Part shown: one piece after another, positions 24,696 through 36,170 of the stretch
How the letters are laid out: every line of letters starts with the position of its first letter
How positions within the stretch are numbered: the stretch's first letter is position 1
Assembly (NCBI GenBank): GCA_036785375.1
Contig: JAWMAR010000328.1
Location: forward strand, 620,001 to 684,000
Length of the DNA stretch: 64,000 nucleotides
Reading direction: 5' to 3'
Origin: Leucoraja ocellata
Taxonomy: Eukaryota
Notes under the pieces: generated by a model
Database searches by the model: none
The model's input: only the letters and a program-made list of their open reading frames with translations
Told to the model about the DNA's origin: nothing
Program-made: the position numbers and the translations under genes

Positions 24696-24897
24696 ATGCA
24701 ACAGTGGGGTAACATAGAACTAGTAGCGTGATCAATGGTTAGTGAGTACTCGATGGGCCGAATAGACTGTTTCCATGCAGTATCTAAAAAATATATGGTT
24801 TAAAGAGGCTATGTTCACACAAAGCCATGTGGAGCCTGAGGAATCTGTTACAATGACATTGTCAACAGCTCAGCCATTTCAAAGGATCGCTTCATTA

Positions 24898-25460
24898 ATT
24901 GTAATCGTAATTAATTTATTAGCCAAGTATGTAAACATAGAAGGAATTTGATTTGCCAACAGCCATACAAAAAAGCAACAACATACATAACCATATAAAA
25001 ATTAAGCATAGACTTAAACAGCTACCACTGTGGCTTGTGAGAATCCCCAGGGCTCACAGCATAAGCGGAGACCCACAGCCATCAGTTCAATGTCCGGGTC
25101 ATACACACGCTCCTTCACTGTGATGTGACCAGAGTTGCACTGACTGCTGTCGCTCTCTCTGCAGTCCCTGTCCGCCCGAACAGGCAGAAAGCCGTCCACA
25201 CTCGCACAAGACTCCGGGATGTTCTCATGGAGCCATGTCCCCGCCAAACACCGAGATCACTCCACTCACGGCCCTCCCTCCGAGTCCCCACCAGTGCAGG
25301 CAGCACGTGACGTCCATCGTGTTTTTTCGGCGATCTCACATTCCCCATTGTGATGAAAGGAAAATAACTGATACCTTCTTTCCTCTTTTTCTCCCGTGGT
25401 CGGGGCAATCGAAACTTCCTCAGTCGGGGCGATCGAATCTCCCGCAGTTGGCTCCTGCTT
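24898..25460 (-). mobile_element. Internally deleted Rex1 element (start of endonuclease joined to 3' tail)
   Basis: Minus ORFs FPFITMGNVRS and TWLHENIPESCASVDGF..RADRDCRES...VKERVYDPDIELMAVGLR, followed directly by a Rex1-type tail (tttattagccaagtat on +). Confidence 0.7.
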
Positions 25461-25827
25461 TGGAGTGATCGAAGGATATGTTGTCAGATAAACTGTGAAG
25501 CTATGTCACGATGTACCTATATCCTGAGCATACCTGCCCTGCAAAGGAAAGGAAACTGAAAGGTGTTTATAGGAGAAGGTATACCCAGAATATGAAGATG
25601 CAAAGCTGCCATAGGAAATGCAAATAATAAACTCATGTAATAGTCATTTATGAATGGAGGGATATTCACGTTGAATGTAACAACATGCCATGTAATCAGT
25701 TCCTGAACATGTAAATTCATGCTGGGTGTATATTTGAAAATTGTTTCAATTCCTGCTATCACCATCCTTCAATTAAAACAAAATTAATTTAGAAATATTT
25801 GTATAAACAGCCATGACAAATATCAAA

Positions 25828-25914
25828 GGTACACAAAAAAGCTGGAGAAACTCAGCAGGTGCAGCAGCATCTATGGAAATAGGCAACGTTTCAGGCCGAA
25901 ACCCTTCTTCAGAC
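25828..25914 (-). mobile_element. Penelope-derived arm with intact hammerhead core (25885-25912)
   Basis: Minus strand ctgaaga-agggtttcggcct-gaaac-gtt. Confidence 0.65.
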
Positions 25915-26261
25915 ACAGGACAAATATCATCCAGGTTGTACTTTATATGGAGCCTATTGTTAGGGAAGTGAAAATAGGGAAAGGCAGCACGTTTATCCTT
26001 CTGCTGGACATAATTGAAGATAATTTAAAAATCATGAAGTAAATCAAGGTGTGTTGTCATAGAAACTGCTGTGTAGAAAATCTAGCAGCTGTGTTGTCAG
26101 AAGTTCGCAAGCAAACTGATAAAACAAATGTAATACAAAAGGTATGCTGAGGGGCTAGGCATTTATTTGAATAATAATTAATTCTTTAAGGAATAGTCCC
26201 TGCCCTGCACCTTTTTATTCAAAGATTCATAGAGTGGCTAAAGGGATCAGGGGTATGCTGG

Positions 26262-26476
26262 GTCCCAATTATGGTGCTCTGAAATGGGGGGGGGGGGGAC
26301 TATGTATAAACACAGCTGTAATTTCTACCAAAATGTATAAAAATGGCCATTAATAAAATCTGACAATGTGCACTTTAACCACAAGTGGTTTTCTCTATTA
26401 CAAATCTCAAATTGTGGAGTACAGAGGCAAATATTTAAATGATGGGTCTTTGTCCCAAACATTATGGAGGGCACTG
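26262..26476. mobile_element. Single terminal arm of a Tc1-like element
   Basis: Closely matches 49790-50011; ends cccaaacattatggagggcactg. Confidence 0.8.
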
Positions 26477-27496
26477 TGTCACACTTGGTCTTCTCATCCA
26501 AATCCGTGTCCCAAACACCGATCCCTACCCTCTTCATTACTATTTGTGGAATTTCAACTATTTGGCAATAGCCCTTTTAAAAGAGATAAAGGATTACAAT
26601 TTTGGTCAGTAAGTGAACATTTTGTGCATTCAGAGAAGTTTGAACCTTTTATTATCCCATGAGCTGGTGTTCTACAGCCCAATGTTGTGTGATGAGCATC
26701 CACTTTTGTCTGGCTGTTTCACACTACCAACAATTTAAGGCTATCATCCATGACAAAAGCTATTTCAAAGGTAAAGAAAAGTGAATGGATGATACCTGGG
26801 AGAGCAAGGCCACTATTTGCAACAATACCGCACTCTGCTTACTACAGGGTGACGTTATTGTGCAAGCCACAGACAACAGGTACTAATGAAACCCTTATGC
26901 TTACACCGTAGCCAAGTCCAGTCATCAGTCAGTACATGCACTTTTGCATCAAAGACTATATGGTAGGTTTGATAACTTTCTAGTTGCAGAATGTGTTTTA
27001 CTGTAGTTGTATTTGGCATCTGCCTTTTAACGGTAACTCGGTCATAACTGCGCAGACAGTTGTGTATTAGGACCAGTATTGTTGGGCGAGTCCATTAAAC
27101 TTACATTAAAGAAGGGAATGAGACCTATTTTATGTTCCCTGGGAATTGCTGGACATTGCCACTTAGCTCCATTCCACAAGGCTAGGATTTGAAGATTTAC
27201 ATGTCCTTCTCCACTCATGTGCAAAACCATCCCACAATTCAGCCTTCCCTCCCTTGCAGCTTATCTCTGCCGTGCAAGATGAGAGAAAAGGGAAAACTAA
27301 AATTGTGGGTAATTTAACTGGGGCTGAAGACTGGGGAGCTTCACAAGTGCTGAGCTTGTCAATATTGGCTTTTCACTCGGAAAAGGTGGCAACTATGAGC
27401 CCAAGCAGAGGCCTCATCAGTAAACAGGATGTCCAAAAGCAGACGATTTTGACACTCTGAACAGCTTCAGCAAACCTTTCACATTCAATAGTATAA

Positions 27497-28326
27497 TAAC
27501 CATATAACCATATAACAATTACAGCACGGAAACAGGCCATCTCGGCCCTACAAGTCCGTGCCGAACAAAATTTTTTTTCCCCTTAGTCCCATCTGCCTGC
27601 ACTCATACCATAACCCTCCATTCCCTTCTCATCCATATGGCTATCCAATTTATTTTTAAATGATACCAATGAACCTGCCTCCACCACTTCCACTGGAAGC
27701 TCATTCCACACCGCTACCACTCTCTGAGTAAAGAAGTTCCCCCTCATATTACCCCTAAACTTCTGTCCCTTAATTCTGAAGTCATGTCCTCTTGTTTGAA
27801 TCCTCCATATTCTCAAAGGGAAAAGCTTGCCACATCAACTCTGTCTATCCCTCTCATCATTTTAAAGACCTCTATCAAGTCCCCCCCTCAACCTTCTGCG
27901 CTCCAGAGAATAAAGACCTAACTTATTCAACCTATCTCTGTAACTTAGTTGTTGAAACCCAGGCAACATTCTAGTAAATCTCCTCTGTACTCTCTCTATT
28001 TTGTTGACATCCTTCCTATAATTGGGCGACCAAAATTGTACACCATACTCCAGATTTGGTCTCACCAATGCCTTGTACAATTTTAACATTACATCCCAGC
28101 TTCTATACTCAATGCTCTGATTTATAAAGGCTAGCATACCAAAAGCTTTCTTTACCACCCTATCTATATGAGATTCCACCTTCAAGGAACTATGCACGGT
28201 TATACCCAGATCCCTCTGTTCAACTGTATTCTTCAATTCCCTACCATTTACCATGTACGTCCTATTTTGATTTGTCCTGCCAAGGTGTAGCACCTCACAT
28301 TTATCAGCATTAAACTCCATCTCCAT
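27497..28326 (-). mobile_element. Young 5'-truncated CR1 LINE (RT C-terminus and 3' end)
   Basis: ORF 27862..28326 MEFNADKCEVLHLGR...LYKALVRPNLEYGVQFWSP..., then TRGHDFRIKG...FFTQRVVAVWNELP; (taaccata)n tail. Confidence 0.92.
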
Positions 28327-29599
28327 CTGTAATAATTTGTAAGTACGTGGCTATTCCATTTACCACTTCCAGATTTCAGGTCCAAATGGCAGATTACAAA
28401 ATAGTAAATGTCGCTTTTCCCTAACTTAAATTTGTTGGCCATTCTCTATATTTTGTGGAACACTACCAAAAGCAATGGACAGTTCTACGTCTGCATATTC
28501 CGTCGTGCAAATGCACATCACAGTTAATCAAATGGAAAAGTTGAGACCATCGCAAGCTCCCATTAAACTTGAACGTGAATAAAGCTTCAAGGTTCAAACA
28601 AATTAAATGAGTAGACCCTCGAACAGAAAGAGAACAGAATGAATGTACTTCCTCCAGGGAGTGCCTCCTTTGTTCTTCTTCTCTCACTGAATTTGTGCTG
28701 CATTTACACTGGAGCCACAGTGTTGGTATGAAACAAAACTGCTTTGTAACAACACCGCAGTTATCGTGTGAACGCACACTGAGATCGTACAAAGCTGTTT
28801 GGCAGGAAGACAACTCAGATCTCACTGGCAAGCTGCCTGCAGCGTGTAGTTTAGTGATAACTGCTGCTGTAAGTCATGAATCGTTGCCCGTGAGAGCATT
28901 AAAAGTAATTTACTCTAATTATTTTGTGTTGTAGCTAAAATGTTTTTTTTTTCATTGCTTTTTTTTCCCCCTCAGAACATTTATTCTTTACAAATTTTTG
29001 GAGATGTAAAGGAAAGCTCATCTGTCCTGGAAGATTTGCCAGAAAATTACATTGTTTGACAGCTAGAAACCAGGAAGGCTATTAAATAATATTTTTCTCT
29101 TCAGTGATTCAAGTCAGAAACATTGAAAAATATGTTGGAACCTATTTTAACACCGTTCTAACTATAAAGAAAAAAAGTTATCCATTATGATTTTAAACCC
29201 CTGTTGATTGACAGGGAAAGCATCAATATGGATAGAGTAGAGCAAGGCGCATATCTGTAATAGAATCCCAATTTCATTAAATAGATGAAAAGGTCAATGT
29301 GCATCCTATTAGACCGAATAATGTAATGTTATCAAGAGGACTTAGTACAACCACTGCACAATTACATGCTCATTGGTGTCAGCAGTACCTCAGCAGCTCG
29401 CACTTTTACATCGGAGTCTCAAGGTTATATGTTCACATTCCGTTCCAGATATGAGCACAAAGAACAAAGCTGACATTTGAGTGTGCTGCTGAAGGACTAT
29501 ACCTCTGTCAGAGACAGTGTCGTCCAGATTAGGTGCTAGAGACACGAGAACCATGGCTAGAAATTGGAGCAACGTGTGATGGAATTTCATCAAAGAAAT

Positions 29600-29830
29600 C
29601 ACCCGGGTTCTTTCTGTACTGCGTTTGTACATTCTCCCCCTGACCGCGTGGGTTTTCTCCAGGTGCTCCAGTTTCCTCCCACACTCCAAAGATGTACAAG
29701 TTTGTAGGTTAATTGGCTTCTGGGAATTGTAAATGTTCCTAGTGTGGAAGATAGTACTAATGTACGGGTTGATTGCTGGTTGGCACGGACTTGGTGGGCA
29801 GAAGGGCCTGTTTCCATGCTGCATCTCTAA
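29600..29830 (+). mobile_element. V-SINE (HE1-like), 5'-truncated
   Basis: gtttgtacattctccccctgaccgcgtgggttttctcc...gaagggcctgtttccatgctgcatctctaa. Confidence 0.8.
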
Positions 29831-29959
29831 CGTCTCTCTCTAAAGTCTAAAGACTGAGAGGGAAATGGGATGAGTTTATTGTCGGCAGCATAGACTTGAT
29901 GGACTGATGAGCAGCTTTCTGTGCAGTACATTGCTAGGATTCTATCATCACCCTGTACC

Positions 29960-30853
29960 TCAGATTCAGATTCAGATTCAATTTTAATTGTCATTGTCAG
30001 TGTACAGTACAGAGACAACGAAATGCATTTAGCATCTCCCTGGAAGAGCGACATAGCAAATGATTTGAATAAATAATAATAAGTGTCCGGGGGGGGGGGG
30101 GGGGGGGTGGGTGGTGATTGCCAGTCACCGAGGTATGTTGTTGAGTAGAGTGACAGCCGCCGGGAAGAAGCTGTTCCTGGACCTGCTGGTTCGGCAACGG
30201 AGAGACCTGTAGCGCCTCCCGGATGGTAGGAGGGTAAACAGTCCATGGTTGGGGTGAGAGCAGTCCTTGGCGATGCTGAGCGCCCTCCGCAGACAACGCT
30301 TGCTTTGGACAGACTCAATGGAGGGGAGCGAGGAACCGGTGATGCGTTGGGCAATTTTCACCACCCTCTGCAATGCCTTCCGGTCGGAGACAGAGCAGTT
30401 GCATTACCATACTGTGATGCAGTTGGTAAGGATGCTCTCGATGGTGCAGCGGTAGAAGTTCACCAGGATCTGAGGAGACAGATGGACCTTCTTCAGTCTC
30501 CTCAGGAAGAAGAGACGCTGGTGAGCCTTCTTGATCAGAGTAGAGGTATTGTGGGTCCAAGAGAGGTCATCGGAGATGTTGACTCCCAGGAACCTAAAGC
30601 TAGAAACACGTTCCACCTCCGTCCCGTTAATGTGGATGGGGGTGTGCGTGCTGCCTCTGGACTTCCTGAAGTCTACAATGAGCTCCTTGGTCTTCCTGGA
30701 GTTAAGGGCCAGGTTGTTGTCAGCGCACCATGCTGCTAAGTGCTGGACCTCCTCCCTGTAGGCCAACTCATCGTTGTTGCTGATGAGGCCAATCACCATT
30801 GTATTAACTGCATACTTGATGATGGTGTTAGTACCATGTACAGGTGTGCAGTC
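29960..30853 (-). mobile_element. Young 5'-truncated Rex1/Babar LINE
   Basis: ORFs VIGLISNNDELAYREEVQHLAAWCADNNLALNSRKTKELIVDFRK...FYRCTIESILTNCITVW and LFTLLPSGRRYRS; (cagatt)n tail. Confidence 0.92.
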
Positions 30854-32344
30854 ACCTCCTCCTTCCCCTCCAAAGAGTGCCTTGTCTTACTGCCTTTTGT
30901 CCTACAAATGTAGCAAAACATTTCATTTATACAGACTTTTACTTCATGGTATCGATGATAAACTATTAGATCGTTTGATTCTAGAATTTCTCCATCATCT
31001 TTAAGACTATTCCCTGAAGAGTGTAAATACGTTGAGTATTTGCTCTAAGGAAAATACACACACTTCCATATTAAGCATGAACTCCCAGCCATATATCCAA
31101 ACCTCAAACACACTTAGACAGGCCAGAAGTAAACAGTCTACTTTGTTAGATAAGATAAATTATTTCATTGCTTTGACCTATTCTCCCTGGAGAAACTGTT
31201 CTGTCCTTGGTAACAGTCTATGGTTCAAATTCTCCAACTCGTCGCTCTCAGTCAAGTCAAATCTCTTTCACAGCATTTTACCCTTGACGTACATATCTTG
31301 CACAACCTGCCCATTGCCATTTCCTCAATAGTTTCATAAAAGCTTAACACAAAACTGAATGTTATCAGTTATGCAGCTACATTTGGTGACTCCACCTCAA
31401 TACATCTATTAATTATTTCACACCATCCTAACCCTATCAGCCCAATCCTGCTCCTAGTCGTACTCAGTTTTTCTCTCCTGTGCAGAGCAGACTAGATTAT
31501 TCCTCGACATGCTGTGTCATTATATCTGAATTTTACAATTCATATATTGCACATGAACAAAATCACATTAAAATATTCTCAACAGATTTCTGAGTACAAA
31601 CACCACAAAAACCAACACCTTGCATAATTCATTGGATTTGAAAGGTAATTCATTTTGCCGCTGAATGTTAACATGTTGCGTTGGCTATTGTCGCCGGATG
31701 TGATTTACAAAGTGTGCTGCAACAAATTAGACATGCTTGCTGAACAAAATAATTTGTTCATGATCAATAAGTGGCAGATGTGTTAAAACAGATGCTGTAA
31801 ACAGCTGATGCTCAGACTAAATGTGAAACTGTAAAACACAAACAGCACAATGGTAATGAATTCTGAAACGATGAAATGCAAAATCAGTTCAGCAGCTTTT
31901 AAACTTGTTACAGTAATTCCTTTAGTCTGGTTAACCCTTCATGTTTATTCCATCACCACCATGAGTGAACAGAAATGAACAAATATCACATCACAAAACA
32001 AACTAGATATAGTTGCTTTATTTGAAAATGCATAAGTCATGTACCCTCAATTATCGGATTACAGCAGGTTTCTCAAAGTCTAGGGAGGAAGGGAATCAGG
32101 TACATTGTGGGTGATTACTGCCATCAAGAGGGCACTGCTAGAATTACAGTTAATTTATGTGTGGATTGCAAAAATTCATGATGATGCTTCTTCAAAAGCC
32201 CAAATACAAATTTTAAATTGAGATTATATGGTAAAAAATATATTTTTTAATTTTTTTCTCTTCATTTTCAGTTTTATTTCTCAAAATCAGTATAATTTCT
32301 TGTTTTAATGACAACCTTACAGGGAAGAGTGTTGCAGAATGGGT

Positions 32345-32625
32345 TGGCACAGTGGCATCCTCCACATTCCAGTCATCTGAGCTCAAGGCTGACCTTTGGT
32401 GCTGTCTGTGTGGAATTTACACACTCTCCCCCTATGGCCATATGGGTTTGCCCTGGATGTTCTGTTTTCCTCACAAGGTCCCAATGCTGTGTTGGATTGT
32501 AGGTTAATTAACTACTCTACTAAACTATCCCTGTTGCAATTGTGTTTAAGTGAAGGGTATGTGAGAATGAATATGTTACCAAGAGTGGAACTGATGGGAT
32601 TTTTCTGAGAGTTGGCATAGACAGA
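32345..32625 (+). mobile_element. Old V-SINE
   Basis: ggtgctgtctgtgtggaatttacacactctcccc...gggtttgccctggatg. Confidence 0.55.
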
Positions 32626-32797
32626 CCCTCTATATGTAAGAAATATGAGAAACAACTTAGGATGTTCTCAGAATATTAATATCTTAAGGATCTGATTCTA
32701 ATTTTCTTACAACTCCACACTCCTCAGCAGCTGAATCTTGTCCATCCCTCCACTTTCTTCATCTAACTTTAGCAGCCCTGAACACCATTTTATATAA

Positions 32798-33068
32798 TTG
32801 AGGGGAATAGGTTTAAGGTGCAGGGAAAAATACTTAATAGGAATCTGAGGGGTAACTTTTTCACACAAAGGGTGGTAGGTGCATGAAACAAGCTGCCAGA
32901 GGAGGTAGTTGAGGCAGAGACTATCGCAACATTTAAGCAATAGACAGGTTTGGAGCGATATCGGCCAAACACGGGCAGATGGGGCTGGTGTAGCTAGGAT
33001 ATGTCGGCTAATGTGGGCAAGTTGGGCCGAAGAGCCTTTTTCCATGCTGTATCACTCTATGACTCTAA
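32798..33068 (+). mobile_element. CR1 3' fragment
   Basis: ggtaactttttcacacaaagggtggtaggtgcatg...ctgtatcactctatgactcta. Confidence 0.75.
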
Positions 33069-33314
33069 GTGCATCCATTATTACAATTTTAGGCAAACTA
33101 ATAGGTTGCATGCTGTCACTTACTATGGGAGTCAATTGCTTCCGAAACCAACAGATAAAATTGCTGCTTGCTGCTATTTGTTGGGAGCAATCTTAAGGCC
33201 TTCAAAACCTAGATCCCAATAATTATCTCTTATTTTCAGACACAACTATAAAACAAAGAATCTCTGGAAACAAATTGTTTATTATCTCATCTTTCTCATC
33301 AGAATTCATAGATC

Positions 33315-33428
33315 AACATAGAAAATAGGTGCAAGAGTAGGCCATTTGGCCCTTCGAGCCTGCACCGCCATGCGATACGATCATGGCTGATCATCCAACT
33401 CAGTATCCCATCCCTGCCTTCTCTCCAT
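33315..33428 (-). mobile_element. CR1 3' UTR tip
   Basis: catagaaaataggtgcaagagtaggccatttggcccttcgagcc, matching 16450-16560. Confidence 0.75.
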
Positions 33429-34514
33429 CAATCTCATAATCAAGGTCCAGTTTTTTTCCAGTCACCTTTTTTAAACAATTTTTACTGAATTTCAATTAAA
33501 GCATTGGCTGAAATACAATATTTATTCCGAGATTTAAACAATGTTTCGTTTGGCAGATTTTAAAAGCTTCCTTCAAATATTGATCCAACGTAAAACAGCT
33601 TCCAACTGGGTTGAAATATATGATATGAGCAATTTTGTTTATGTAGCTGCTGTTCAAGACAATGCTTTAACTGAGTTGATGAAAGTATTTAGATGTTCTG
33701 CAATAAATTTATTTTCATTATCTTTTTCTAATGTATCTTGGTGATATCCAAATTCCTGATATTAAATGTTAAATCAAAATGCATTGACATCAATTCCTTT
33801 ACCTCAGTTTATGTCAAATGTGCCTCGTCCTTGCTCTGCCCCTGATTCAGTGAACCACCCCCTGTGAGGAAATGTCAGTGTAGTGATTCTTAATTTCTGC
33901 TGTATGATTTTCTTCATTATGTTCCTTGCCCCCACTCTAACCTTCTCCATTGCAAACCAAATATATTCCTTGATCACAAATCAGCTGCATTTCAGTGATA
34001 TTTAGCTGGCTGGCTTCCTTCCCTCCACTTTTCAGCATCTGTAATTCATTTCTGTGCCACCTTCTTTGCCTCACAGTTCCACCACTTCACCAACTCGGTC
34101 ATTACCGCGTCGATTTTTTTCACCTGCTCAAAATCCATAACCTTATTCTAATTTTGTTGCACTGGTCTGCTTCAGCCCTTTCTCTGCACTTCCAATTTGC
34201 ACACTGGTATATCTAATGATTGATTCATTTCAAGCCAATTATTATCAACGGGCTGACGACTGTCTCCCAGGCTCTCTCCACTGATGGTCACCATCTCTCC
34301 TCAGTGCAAGCATTGGGTTCGACCTCATCAGTGCACTAGGCTAGGCAGGGGCAAATGGAAAGCTGGCATTTGGGGCAGCTGCATCTTTCAGTTTATATAT
34401 TTAGATTAAAATTAAATATTACTCACATTGACATTCACAAATAGTTTTTAAAACTATTTTTTAAATTGCACCATGACCAAAGACAAAATATATTCTTCTT
34501 CATATTTTTAGATT

Positions 34515-34960
34515 CAGAGTCAACAACATGGAAACAGGCCCTTTGATCCAACTCTTCCATGCAAACCAAGAAGCCCCATCTAAGCTTGTCCCATTGGCCT
34601 GCATTTGGTCCATATCCCTCTAAACCTTTCCTATCTATATATCTGTCCAAGTGTCTTTTAAATGTTGTTATTGTCCCTGCAACAACTACCTCCTCTGCCA
34701 GCTCGTTCCATATATACACAACCCTCTGCCTTTCAGGTTCCTATTAAATCATTCCCCTCTTGCTTCAGACCAATGTCCTCTGGTTCTCGATTCCCGCTAC
34801 CACGGGTAAAAGTATCCATACATTCACCTTATCAATTCCCCTTATGATTTTACACACCTCTATAAAATCATGTGCTCCAAGCAATAAATCCTAGCTTGGC
34901 CAATCTCTCGCCTGGCAATATCCTCGCAAATTTCCTCTGCACTCTTTCCAGCTTTCCATT
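34515..34960 (-). mobile_element. CR1 3' fragment
   Basis: ORF IWNELAEEVVVAGTITTFKRHLDRYIDRKGLEGYG. Confidence 0.75.
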
Positions 34961-35669
34961 TTTGTTAGTTTTAACACTGAAGTATCAGAGCACAACTTCA
35001 CAAGATGGTGAAGCAAGTTGGAATATACATTCTGATGCTTGATCTTCATTTCATACACTTCCACAGAACACATTTGATTCAGACGACAGCCTTGCTCAGA
35101 TCTATTTCCTTTTGAAGTTAAATTCATTCTCTTTGTTTCCTGCCTTGTCTGTTTCACCGTTACAGGAGATTGTTGTCAAGGCATCAGTCTTCAGACTATC
35201 GTATCACATTAGTCAGTCTTTCCTTCTAATTCTTTCTCATGTTCCTTACCATTGGGATTGCCTTATGAGATGCTTCTCTCTCTTCTGTTAGCACTCACCT
35301 TGTGATCTTCAGCCACCCAGTTTTGACCTGTGGTAAATGTGGTCCGATCGGTTGGTTTAATCGATTGCTGAGGAAATCCAGGCCCAGGAATTTCCCATTC
35401 CTCAAACTTTCAAATGTTATTCTGATACTTTTCTTTGTAATATTGATTGAGAACAATAATTGCTGTTATAAGGTTGTCCCACATTAAAGACTGTTTCATG
35501 TGACCAACTGTAACAATGTTGACTGTGTAAGGACTTAGAGTCAGTTTCTGAGCACCGTTTCTGATCCATGCCAGGGCAACTGGACTCTGGAGCAACAGAT
35601 AATTTCCTCCCAAAGCAAGGGATTATCAGTGTGATGGTCACCCCCTCAAGCAAAAACTCAATCAAGTTA

Positions 35670-36030
35670 GTAAGATATAATTTGCTGCAGGCAAAGCCAC
35701 GCTGACTGTGCCTGATTTCCCGTTCTCTTCCAGTTGTGAGTAAATCCTGTAGCCAAGGATCTCTCCAATAGCTTCTCCATCACCAATGTGACCAGCAATT
35801 TATAATTGTGTGGATTATCTCTATTTCCCTTCATAAACAAAGACAAAACTTTGGGTATCCACTCCTCCGAGACCTCCTCTATGGCTAGAGAAGATACAAA
35901 GATCTTCATCAAGGCCCCTGCAATCTCCACTCTTGCCTTTCCCAGTAAGCTGGGACAGATCCCACCCACCATAATGGTCTTCAATTGATCCAACACGTTC
36001 TTCTTATCTCTACTCTCCTTCTTGAACTCT
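35670..36030 (-). mobile_element. Degraded CR1 RT fragment
   Basis: ORF 35667..36059 GICPSLLGKARVEIAGALMKIF...FMKGNRDNPHNYK. Confidence 0.7.
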
Positions 36031-36170
36031 ACTCCAAAAATATTTTGTTCTACTCCCATTCACCCACCTGCCTTGAACAACCTACCTGCCTTCCAATATT
36101 CTTCCTCAGCTCTGAAATTGTAGCAAGACAGAGACAATGATAACAACTGGGTCAGCAATTCACAATCTGG

